From Cyanidioschyzon merolae (Eukaryota), in NCBI GenBank assembly GCA_000091205.1, contig AP006502.2: 64,000 nucleotides of DNA. One strand, 5' to 3'. The notes beneath the pieces are model-generated. The model worked only from the letters and a program-made list of their open reading frames with translations, had not been told where the DNA came from and made no database searches. The position numbers and the translations under genes are program-made. This document shows positions 20,710 to 32,700 of this stretch, in pieces. Each line of letters opens with the position of its first letter. The first letter of the stretch is position 1.

Positions 20710-23700
20710 TCATGAACGAAAATAGACACCGAGTGGAAACGATACCGAAGCGTCGTATGCGTACAGGGCATCTGCCCAGCCACGGGGCACTGGTACAAAA
20801 CCTTGGAACAAGTGCGGCTGCCGACACCGTTGCCATGCGTTCGGTGTTGCAGATTCCCCGTAACCCGCTTGTTTGGCATCCGTCCGTCCTATAATCGATG
20901 CAGTGGTGTTGCAGCGCGAGTCTGGCGATGCCTTTGAGCGCTTTTGGACGCGCCAGGGTGCTTCCGGGCACTCCGCTTGTTCCCGGGGGCCGGACTGGTC
21001 TAGTCGGAGCTGGGGCAACCACCAGCGCTCCATCACGACAACTCGGGAGCAGGGCGAACGAGACCTGCAAAGCGCGACATACCACACTGTTTGGAGCCGG
21101 TCTGCAACGGCGTTCGCCACAACTGCGCTCGTCAACGGAATCGTGAGGAGCCGCCAGCCTCTGCTGGTACGTCTCGGAAGCATTTTCAAACGCAGAACAA
21201 GATCGTCGGCGGATGCCGGTACCCAACGCTGGATGAACCAGTAGACTCGCCGCCAGAAGCATCGCCAGCACCTGCTTTCCTTTGTGAGCGTCGCCTGCGC
21301 AGCGGTATCTGCTCGAACTGGATGCTGACGCTGCTTCAGGTTCAGCACACAGGGGCAACGGATTTGCGGCATGACCTGTTCCGGTGCCAGGGCAAGCACA
21401 TGCAGCTTGTCGTAGCCGGGAGGCATCAGCCACAACATGATCACGTCGCTCCACTGGAGCTCATCCAGGACCTGCCACGAGCAACTTGAGCGATTCACGG
21501 AAAACGGACCGTTTGTCGGTAGCCGCAAGTGCCAGAGACGCCGATTCGTGCACAACACAGCCTCGTTCGGCACTGGACGACAACAAAAGCGATACTGCTC
21601 CGACAAAAGTTCCGAGGAGCTCGCCTGATCGAGCATCTGCCACAGTTCGTATCCCAGCACTGCATCTTCGATGTCGTAGCTGTGATCCAGCTTTGTGCTG
21701 GGCATCCGCGGAGGTCTCAACGGAGCGCTCCATTCGGCAACGCTCCACGTCCATGCGGTCTCCCCAGCAGCCGATTCAATCAGATGCCACGCTGCTTGGT
21801 CTAACAGATCCCGAGCTATTGCCAGCACCGTAGCCGTTGCCTGCATCATGAACAGAAGCGGTGTCGCGAGGAGGATGCCCATTCGTTGGCCGGCCGCGGC
21901 ATGCCACCACCACCGCCACCGCCACCGCCGCCGAAGACGCTCCACCTTGGAGCTGCTGGCACGCTCGGCTGGTGACCCAGGCACCACTGCATCCGTTTTC
22001 GAGTACCGCTGCTGGTGCTGGTGCCCATGAGACGCACCTCCGGTACCTGAAACTTGAACGCGACGCTCAAGGAACCGTGCTGCCCCGCTGTTCGCGTCCG
22101 GGATGCTCCGGTTGTGTGCAGCGCCTGGCATGCGCGCTGCAATATCAAGGGCGAGCGTCGCCAGCCCTATATGTTGCCTGAGGGTTCCCGCTGCCAGCGC
22201 TATCATTCGATGGAATGCATCCAGGGAGGCTGCACCTAACCCCGCGCCATACCCCAGCGACAACGCTGCCGCTGCTCCTAAGATACGGTGCCGATGGCGC
22301 TGACGCAACAACGCTCCGAGTTGTCTCGCTATCTGACGAACAAGTCGACTTAAATGGCGCGCATATCGTGCCGGATTCCCTAACCATTCCGCAGAACTGA
22401 TGACTTTCCAAACCTCCCGGTTCAGTTGTTGTTGATAATGGCGCACCAGGTGCTGCACCAGGTCGTCGCTTGTCTCAAAGGTACCGTCGAGGACGAGTTC
22501 GCGTAGCCACAGCGATGCATCCTGAACATTCATGAGCGGTGTAAGCATGAGTGCTGTCAAACGGGGCCACTCGCTTCCGCGGTATTGCAGGAGCGTTCCC
22601 AGGCTCACCAGGTCGGTTCGTACCGATAGAGTGCATGCCAGCGGAGCGCATACAACGTCGTGAAAAGCGAGTCGCAGGGAGCGTTCAGAACGCTGCTGCA
22701 CCTGGGACACACTGGGAACACCTCGTAGCAGCGCCTGCTCCAGGGCGCGTCTCAAAAGCTGACAAGCGTCAGCGCCAGCCCGGTACTGGGCAGCGGAGCT
22801 ACCGAGCGCTTCATTCGCACCAGCGTCATATTGACAGCAACTGCAGTCGCTCTCCCTGCGCGCTGTGCACTGCGTCAACGATTCCCGTAATGAACGCGAC
22901 AACGGCATTGACGATAGCGATGATCGTGACGACGACGTATCCCCAGAGCGACATGTCCAGCAATACCTCGATGCCGGTGCATTGCCGTCACGCAATATCC
23001 GAGCCGCTGCTCCAGCTCGCCTCGAACTGGAGCTCCTTGCCCGCGCTTGCGTCAGTCGCTGAGCACTTGTTGCTGCAACGAGGCCCATGCTTGGTGTCCA
23101 GAAGATCTCCAGCTCTTGATCCTGCTGCTCAGCACCAACAGACGCCATTCGCAATGCATCAGCAGACGTTTCAACGGGGGTCATGGCATCGACTTGTCGC
23201 CGCCAAGCCACGAACCAGTCAACCATTTGAACAACCAGCGATGCATCGATGTCGAGATCGAGTCGTCCACACCGCACCTGTCCCGAGTGGATCCGTAGAA
23301 ACGTATGCGCACCAGTGCTACTAGACTCGAAACGGGTTCGCAGTACACAAGCAGCTTGCTTCGGGGCTCGCCAAGCGCCATCGTCGCTCGTCCACCGCCT
23401 CGAGGCAACCGATGCTGATAACGATGACGCTCCAGGCGCTGACGCTGACCCCTGACAAGCATACGAAACGGGCCTGCGACGGAGCGAGAACCACGAGACA
23501 ACCGCCAGCCGATCTAGCTGCCGGCTCGTGTTGTGATCTGGACGTATCGACGACTTCTTCTTCTTCTTCTTCTTCGAGTGCCGTTCGTGATCCGAAGCGA
23601 GGCTCAGTGCTCGGCTTGTGCGCGAGGCAGCGTCATTCGCTGCGACACTGTGCAGCCTCAGCGGTACACACCAGGCACCTGGTAATGTAGGATGCTGCAG

Positions 23701-26700
23701 AGCCGAACTGTGATCGAGTTGCAGTGCCTCGCAGACAAAAGCGACCTCACCATGGTAGCTCTCATCCAAACTGGCCTTTTGACGCAGCATATCGCTTCCA
23801 TCTTGGGTGCGTTTGACGTGATGCCAACGCGCATCCACGCCTCGTATGCCGAGGTAGACGACTTGTTCGAAAAGTGGCGGCTCTCTTGTCGTTGTCGTCA
23901 TCCGCAGCAGGGAAATGCCCATCTCGGGTACGCAGAGCTCACATGTGAACGCAGAGGCGTGGCGATCGATACCAGCACCAGCGTAGTGCATTGTCGTACT
24001 GGCTGGAAGCGCGTCCAGCGGTGTTTCAGACGGCGAGGTTTCTGTCGAAACATCATGTCGCTCGTCTACAGAGCGCTGCAGCGACGTTGACGCACCACGG
24101 CTTTGACTCGAGCGTCGAGGCACTGCAGGCTGTTCCTGTTGTTGCTCGTTTTCGGCGATGATGAGCGCAAGCGTTGCCTGGCATCGCTGCAGGCGAATCT
24201 GGAACGTGCGGCTTCGAGACGCTGCACCCGGAGCGCCCGCGGAGTTCGCTACACACCAGCGAACACTTTGATTACAGACCAAGTGCACCGCTGTCTGCGA
24301 GGCAACGTGCACGCGACGACGGCGATGACGACGACGACGACAACCGAGCCCCACTAGTTGCCAGAGACGAGTCCGGCATTGTTGCAGACGCGGAATCACG
24401 CGCAGTTGGACCGCTTGTCCCGTTCGTTTTCCGTCATGATATCCCCGGTGCCTGCTACGCCCGTTGGTGCGGTCGCCGCTGACACCGCTGTCGGTTGCAA
24501 CCTGTGTTTCTCCATGTACAGCTGCAACTGAAGCATGCGAATGCAGCTCGGGCTCTAAGCGAAAAGCGCCCACGTATCCAATCCCGTCGATCCAGAGCTC
24601 GAGAATCGGCTCTGCAAGCGGCTCATCCCAGGTGTAGGCGCATTCCGAGAGCGGGTCCAGTGCTTGCAGCGCATCGTCATCGATAACGTCCTGGGTCTGC
24701 TTCATGCAGCAGCCGCTTCGACAGTGCGCCGGTTCAAGGCGTTGAGCGAAACGAATGCGTTCAATCGTCTGATTCCGGATCCGATACGGTACCAGCAACG
24801 GATGCGGCGGCAGAATCGTTACCAGATGCACGGGTGTCACTGGACTGGTACCTGCTGCAGTGTGCACCCGCGGAAACTGACAAGCGCCCGTTGAGGCCTG
24901 GCGAAGACGCAGACACCAGTCGCTACCAGCGGTGACGGGAACACGTCCACTCCAGTACCAGCCGGGAGCAGCAATGCGGATGCGAAGGCATGGCTTGTTC
25001 GTACCAGCTGGCCAGTGCAACGTTGCCATGGCACCAGGCTCGAGGCGAAAGACGCTCCCGTCAGCGAGCAGTCTGTCGATATCGTTGGCGGCTGTTGGCC
25101 GGACGTCGACAAGGTCCAGGTCGCTGCCGGGGCTGTGCGTTCCTGCCCGGGGATTTGCGGCCCCGAATGATAAGCATTCATCGCCGGTATCCTGGTCGAC
25201 AGGCCATACCAGGAGCGTGTAGGCCGGCCACAAGTTCACCAGGCGGTATCGCGGGTACACCACGAGCAGCCGCGAACGCTCGAGCGGATACCCCAGCGGT
25301 TGGACGCAGACGACCGCATCCAACTGACGAGGACGCGGTACATACGCACCGTCGAACGTTGTCGGTGTCGATGAAGACGACGACGGCCAAGTTTCTGCCA
25401 CCGCTGCGGCAGGTGACCAAGCGCTAAAGCGTGGAGCGATAGAACGCGACACTTGAGACAAGCGCGAATGCGGTGTTGTCGCTGCTGCTGCTGCTGGTGC
25501 TGCGGCTAATGATGATGATACAAGCCACGGCCAACGAGCGTCTGTTTCAAGTGGTGTCGATACGCTCGCGTGTCTTGATCGCACTAGTCGCAACGGACTA
25601 GTTTTCACTTCAGGAGTACCAGTAGCAGCAACATGAACAACAGCATCCGCTACCGTCACCGCAGCTTGTGTGGGTGCTCGATCGGCACCGTGTGCAGATG
25701 CAAGGCGTTGCCAGGCGCTAGGCTGCTGCAGCACCGCCGCCGGAGACGCGAGCATCGCACGAGTCCATCTGTGCGGCTTACGCTCACCTGCAACTGCATA
25801 GAGAGAAATCACCAGGGCCTCATGCGCAAGTCTGGTGCCTGCACACCACGCACTCCATTCGGTATGTGCAGTGCGCCACGAGAGTGCGAGCTCTGGAAGC
25901 GACCATGCAGTCCAGGGACACGGGGCGAGTGTGAGCGGCAGCACTTGTCCGCAAACGGGGCCGCCGTTGTGTCCACCACCACGTGCTTGATACGGTAACC
26001 GCCCATAACGAGCGTTCTCGAATGCATCAAAAGCACCAGTCGTATGAGCAGATATTGGACGCGGCGGTGCGCACTCGCGACATGTCAAGGGCATGGAGCT
26101 GCTGCTACTGCTGCTGCTGCTGCTGCTGCAGGGATAGGCAACGCTTTGGATGGGCGTTTGCGGTGCAGCTGTTGCCGTAGCCTGCTCTGCTTGCACAGTC
26201 TCGAGGTCAGACTGGACACCAGGGCGTCCCGTGTCGATCCAGTTTGCCAAATGTCGTCGCAGTTGCGAGCACCAGGAGCGCCTCTCTGCAGGGATTGCCT
26301 GCATCAAGGTCGTCGGCGACGCTGTCCACAGTGAGCACCACAGTTCCGGAACGCACAGGGTTATCTGCCGCAAAGCACGTGGGTGCTCCCATCCAAAGTC
26401 GACTGCAAAACACGTCCCCAGTGGTGACATTGTTTCCGCGGGCTTCCAAGGCCACGGTGCCAGCCACCTGGGCGCATCGTAGACTACCCGTCGACGATAA
26501 TCATCGCACTCGTGTTCGATCGCATCCGCATGAATGGTTGCTGCTTCTGCTGCTGCTGCTTCTGCTGCTTCTGCTGCTGCTGCTGCTGCGTTCGGCTCGT
26601 TTGCTGTTCGATGAGGTGATCGATCCCGAATCGCTAATGACCTGCACACCTGGGAGGAAAGCGCAAGTGCACCACGATCGGATGCTACCACTGCCTCAGT

Positions 26701-29700
26701 CTGAGAGGTTACAAGTTCATCCAGCCAAGGATGAATCGGGAACAAGTCAGTCGACGCTGTGGTAGGCAGCTGAATCCAGACACGTCCAGGCAACAAGAAT
26801 GCCGATGAATCGGATGCTGCTGTTGACGTTGACTTTGACTGGTGTCCTCGATATCGAGGCAGATGCCGCTGGTGGCTGGTGGCGGCTTTTGGGCGTCGCT
26901 GCTGACGCCAGCCTGCCACCTCCTGGACGGTAGCTCGACGAGCGCCTGGCACACCAGCACGGGTGCAGTCTTTCGCGTTGGCATTGGCGGCAGCGGCGGT
27001 ACTGTCGACTTGGAGCTCCTCCAGCAGCGCCATAGGAGGCGGCTCGAACGCCTCCGGCAACGCCAGCGATACCCAGTGTGCTGGTTGCCAGCAGCAGCTC
27101 GTGGGGATGCTCGTATCCTCAGCGCTGTCCGAGGCATTCCGGGCAGGGTGCTGGTGCTGGTGCTGGTGCTGGTGCTGGTCGTGAAGATTCGTTTCGCTTT
27201 CGGGAGCGCCACCTAGTGTCGCTCTTGTTGCCAAACGCTTCCTCGAGGGATCCGTTGGTGCACTTGGTGCTCCAGTCGTTGACGCTACTGCTTTTGCTGC
27301 GGATAGCGCACACTCGAGATCAAACAGTGCATCCATCCGACAGCTGCGATACACTTGACCAGGCCAGAGCAGTGTCGCTCGATCCACGAAAACAGGTTCG
27401 ATCGATGCATTCCGTATTTGCCAGGGTGCATGGAGCGTCACCAACACAAGAGGCACGCTCACCGCCTCGTTACTCGTTGGTACACGACGAATGACCTGGG
27501 CAGTGAGCAGCGCACCCCAGATGGGGTCCGGCTCCGGATTCAGGTGCCTCGCAGAGCGCGTTCGCGGACGACGACTCGGTATCGGAGACGGTGCCAATGG
27601 ACCCAACCAGAGCACTCGGGATTCGTCGTCGCGAACATTCTGGGCAAGGTCCACGAACCAGGACCACAAGTACGAGGCAGGATGCACACTCGCAACTGCA
27701 GATGCATTGCTGACGCCGTGTTCACCGGTTCGGCACACATTCGGAGCAGTCACTTGGGGGCAGGCATCGTGTTCACTGCATTGCACTTGTCGTGGTTGTT
27801 GCGCTTCACACCCGAGCATGGACGGTGCAGGTAACCTGGTGCTGCTTGCATCCACGTCTGGTACCATCGCGTCATCGTCCAGTTCCGTGCAGAGCTGCCA
27901 GACACAGGGTGTTGGTGCAAACAACGAGGCTGCTCGGATATTGGTACGCGAAGCGAAACTCGATGCTCCATTCTGGACGGCTGTTGGATTCGCAGTCGCT
28001 TCGAAACGAGCTATACAGCACGGAGTGTTACGCACGTTCGAAGTGGTGTCATGCGTCCACAGTGACAAGCAGAGTGGCGTCTGATTCTCCCAGTACAGGG
28101 GCGACTCGAAGCGGCAGAGCCACTGGGGATCTGGTGTTGCTGCTGTTTGACCAGTGGCTGTTACCTTTTCAGAAACAACGCTTTTGCGTCGATACAGAAC
28201 AACCACCAGCACCAAACAGGGCCACTGCAAGGCTTGTATCGCCACGAGCTCGAGCGCAGCGTCAGGCGCGACCCAGCTGAGGGCCTCGCTTCGCGATACA
28301 CCTCCAGAGCGATTATCCAATGGTGCATCCAATGATGATGATGATGATGATGATGTCAGAAACCGTCGCCACTCGGAGAGACGCAGCACCTGCGGATTCT
28401 GGTCCAAAGCGTGAACCGCAATGTCTTGATAGAACGATGCTCGGGGAACGTATCGCATCTCGTCGACAGCGAGCGTACCGTACGCGCTCAGGTGCAGCGG
28501 CAAGCCACTAGCATTGACAAGAGCGAGCGTACCACACTGAGGGCGAACTGGTACCACCAGTGCGGCGCGCTCTGGCCTGCCTGCCTGTATTTGCAGCGTT
28601 CGCTCCACAGCAGCAGCGATTCGAGGCGTAATGTTCAAGCACAAGGCGTCGGTGCTGCTCAGGCGCAGCAGTGTCTGGCGGGCGGGCAGCGTAGACGCCT
28701 CGTGTGACCCACAACAGGCATCAGCAGCAATGCCGTTGCTGTTGTCGTTGTCGTTGTCGTTGTCGTTGTTCACAGCAGCTGTCTGTCGTTCTAGTTGCTG
28801 CAATTGCAGTTGCAATCGTGCCGGCTCCAGAACGAGCTCATCAGTGAGGAACGCTCGGCAGGAGCCCTGCACCTGGAGCCAAAGCGCTGTCCATGGAATG
28901 ACATGTTGCAGGACGCGAACTGAGAGGTTATCGATTTGCAGCGACCACTGCAAGCTGCTTGTCGCGTATGCACCAGCGCTAGCACCAGCACCAGCACCAG
29001 CATCGACAGGAATAGAAACAGCTGCTCCGGCAACGTGCATGGTAAGGGTAACAAGGCGGCCGTCGACTTGATACCATCGAGGCTCACTGAGCGCGCAGGG
29101 TGCTTCATCTGACGTCGATAACGACGACAAAGAAGACGATGATGATCCAGAGGAGAACGAGTTGCGGTGCTGGCCGACTGAGGATGATGCACGACGACGC
29201 CACCAATCGTTGTTCCAGTGTATATCCAGTGTCGACCAAGAGAGGCGCTTCTCAACATGCGGATACGCACAGTTTCGAACTAGGCACTGTTGCAGATGAA
29301 GCGCACAGCCACGCAGCCACAACGCGGAAGCCGCGAGTCCCCCAGCTGGAGTCGACAGAGGCCTCGAATCCGCAGCGCGAACATCAAACGCTGAGAAGCG
29401 ATCATCATCATCATCATCATCATCATCATCTGTGCCGTTTTTGTCTGCTTGACTCGATAAAGCGCTGATCGAGTCGTGCTGCCCTGTGCTTGCATCTCGA
29501 TACCTCGTCTGGCAATGGTAGTGCCGGTGATTCATCGGGGGTATTTGCGGCCTGCTTCGCCAGCGTCCCTGCTCATCGATGTAGCTCGCTAGACTGGAAG
29601 CCGTTGCTACCAGTGAGGCCACCACGAGATCACGCGGATACGCCTGTTCGTAGCCGGGGACGCGGTACCACTTGGGACGATCCCAGAATACAGCCTTACC

Positions 29701-32700
29701 GCTGAAGCAGAGCCCGACAACCAGCGTTCGATCAGCGGTACGACGCTCGACATCAATGCTTGCTTCTGATCCAGAGGATGTGCTCGTACTACTACTGTTG
29801 TCGCTACTGTTGTCTTGCGTCTGGTCGTCAAGGTTGAGCGGGATGAGAAGCAGCGAGGGTGCAGCACCTGCCTCGAGGTGCAGTTGCCAGCTGATGGCCC
29901 CCGCTTCATGAGTGATCGCAACATCGCCCTCGCGTGATGACTCCGGGGCGGCAACCGCGTCACTAGAAACCGACTGCTGATGCTGTTGCTGGTGTACCTC
30001 GTTCGTCTCGTCGATGGACGATTTGGAATCGCTCGTGTCGTTCGGATCTTGAACCGTGGGGATGGGCGCTCTTATCTCTGCAGCTGACGCTGTCGAATCA
30101 TCGGTGCCATCTGCTGCACGAAACTCCTGCCAGATGCGCTTCAACAGGGCGAGTTCGAGAAAAACGCGCGCATCTTGGAGTCGAATCTGCACTCGAGCCT
30201 GAGTTGATGCCTCAGTTGCAGCGCTCGTGTCGTTCCAGTACCGGACTCGAAGGCAGGGCAACATCACCAATTCACCCTGAGCACCGAGGTAGTGACTGCG
30301 CTCTGTGCGGAGGCGCACCGCTTGTGCTTGGAACCGAAGCGCTTCAGAGCGTCCACAATACCGATACTGGAGCGTTAACTTGGAGGCAGCGAGATCAGCG
30401 AGAGCCAGTTCATCGATGCTCGCTGGATGATCCTGTTGGTCCAGATACTGACCTGGATTACGCAACGATGACGATGACGGTGCTTGTTCGCCTGGTGTTC
30501 TGCTTGCGGATGCGTCGGTTTTGCTAGTGTGGTGTTGCGGCCACAAGGTGAAGAAGAAACGCTCCAGGTGCAACTGGGTGCTGCCCTGGGGTACGCCCGC
30601 GACTGTGCTGTTTGCGGCTTGTGCATTACGGGCGACGGATGCTCCGCCACCGTCTTCGGTGAACGTCATCGTCATTGCAGGCTCGCTAGCACTCGCACTA
30701 TGTTGCGTCAGGGTATCCCTAGTGCTACGATATTTCGTAGCGTTCGTGCTAGCGCTCGTGCTTGTCATCACTGGAGGTTTGGAGCTCGGCACCTGACACG
30801 TCTCGTATTGCTCCAGCTGATACTGATACACGGCGTCTTCAAGTCGACGGATCCAGTCTAGGACGTCATTCAGGAGCGCAAGGTCGTGGACTGTTCCAAG
30901 CGCGTGCACCGTCGGAACCCGAATGAAGGTTGCGGCTTTGTCGCGCTGCCAACAGAGGACCCAGTCGACTTGATTGGTCAGCGCCTTCTCCTTGTCGTTG
31001 CTCCCAGTGAGACGCCACAACTGCGACTCTTGGATGCGTAGTCGACAGACGCAATCCATGAGATTGGGAGTTTCGATTTCGCCTACCTCGAGGACAAGCG
31101 TTGCTGGTAATGTTGCAGCCTGCATGTGCAACTGAACGTCCTGGATGTGAAGCTCGACGAAGACGACGTACGCATCCTTCTTCGCTGGCGCATGTGGAGG
31201 CAGCTTATCTTCAAGCAACGCTGTTGATGCTGGCTGCTTTGTCGCGGTGCGCGCCTCTTGGTCGACGGGGCACTGCTGTCTTGCTGTCGCTGTTTGCCCT
31301 GAGCAGGGCGCTGTGTGTCCGTCAGCGCTCCCGATGGTATCAACGAGGTCGTGTGTAGAGCGCTGCATGAGCACATCGTACACGTCGAGGTGCAACAGCC
31401 ACTCGAGCTGCAACCACATGGACCAGAGCTGACGACATTTGGCCTCGTCCGCGTGGATACGCACCTTGACGATCTGGAGAGCGCATTTCGACGCAGTCGG
31501 AGCACCAGCATGCGTCGTCTGTTGCCAGTGACAGGTCAGGGCAGCGGGTCGTAGGTCGTAGGAGCGTCCAGCGTCCTCAGTGGATGATGCATTCGCCGTC
31601 CGATGATCAAGAAGCACATCACCGAAACGGAGGAGCGGTTGCGCGGTCTGATTGGTGACTTGACCTCCCTGCACAAAGCACGCGAGGTGTTGGCGGACTG
31701 CCTGGAGCTGCTCCCGATCCAGCGATGATGATGATGATGACAGGAACAACGCGTCTACGTCGTCGCATACGAGGTCGATGGCGAAAAGCGATAAGCGCCA
31801 CGTTTTTTCATCTGCTGGGGTGATCACGGGTGCGTTCGCTGCCTGAGCGGCAGCCTCAGCTCGGCGGATGTGATCCTCGACGAGTGTTTGGAGCCGGAGC
31901 CAGCTGCTCGCCGGTATCGTGGTGCACAAGGGCGCACACCAGGTGATCCAAAGCTGGAGCATTTGCACGATTTGCGCACAGATACCAGACGGGTGCCATT
32001 CCAGAGCGAGACACCCGACGCGAACGATGCCCATAGAAGAAACGGCATCTGTTTGCACACCGGAAGCGAGCACAGATGAAGCTTCTCGTCTGATGAGCGG
32101 TAACTGTGCTGTGAGGTCACTGAGCTGCACGAGCAGACAGCGCTGCGCTAGCTCGAGCGCCAAGGTTTCGGCTTCGAACACCAGACAAGCTCCGGGCGAG
32201 GCCAATGCCAGCCGCTTTCGTACCTGCAACCGCATGCGAGAAGCTTTGAGAATGCACGCTCCGGCTGCTGCGGTACCGTCGAATCCTGCCCAGTCGATGA
32301 CCAAGTGCAGACGCTGACACTGCACATCCGAACTGCCGTCCAACGATGTATCCACAGGTGGCTGCTCGGTACTCGCTGCGGACACCCAGGGGGTGCGCAT
32401 GATGCGCAACAGGCTCTCTTGAGCTTGGTATACGTATCGGAGTATTGCAACCGGCACTAGACGCACCGACACCTGGGACAGGATGACCATAGGTATGCGG
32501 GCGTGCGGATCGCGAGCACCATCAACAGCGACTAGTTGTGAACGCGAGTGCCCTGCCCAGTACCAAGCAGTCAGCAAAAATGGCTCTTCGGAAGCGAACA
32601 GTGTCATTTCCGTGGGGGCGCTCGCGTCCAGCTGCTCGATCGGCAGCGTAGTGCAGCAAGCAGACCAGTGACCGGTGCCAGTATGCACTTGTAGACCTGC

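Noticed and set aside
20058-21454. ORFs 20058..20879 (-) and 20693..21454 (-)
   Set aside because: Out-of-frame overlaps with the 3' end of the VPS13-like gene and with the ispF-hisE 3' end. No domain signal. Likely spurious.
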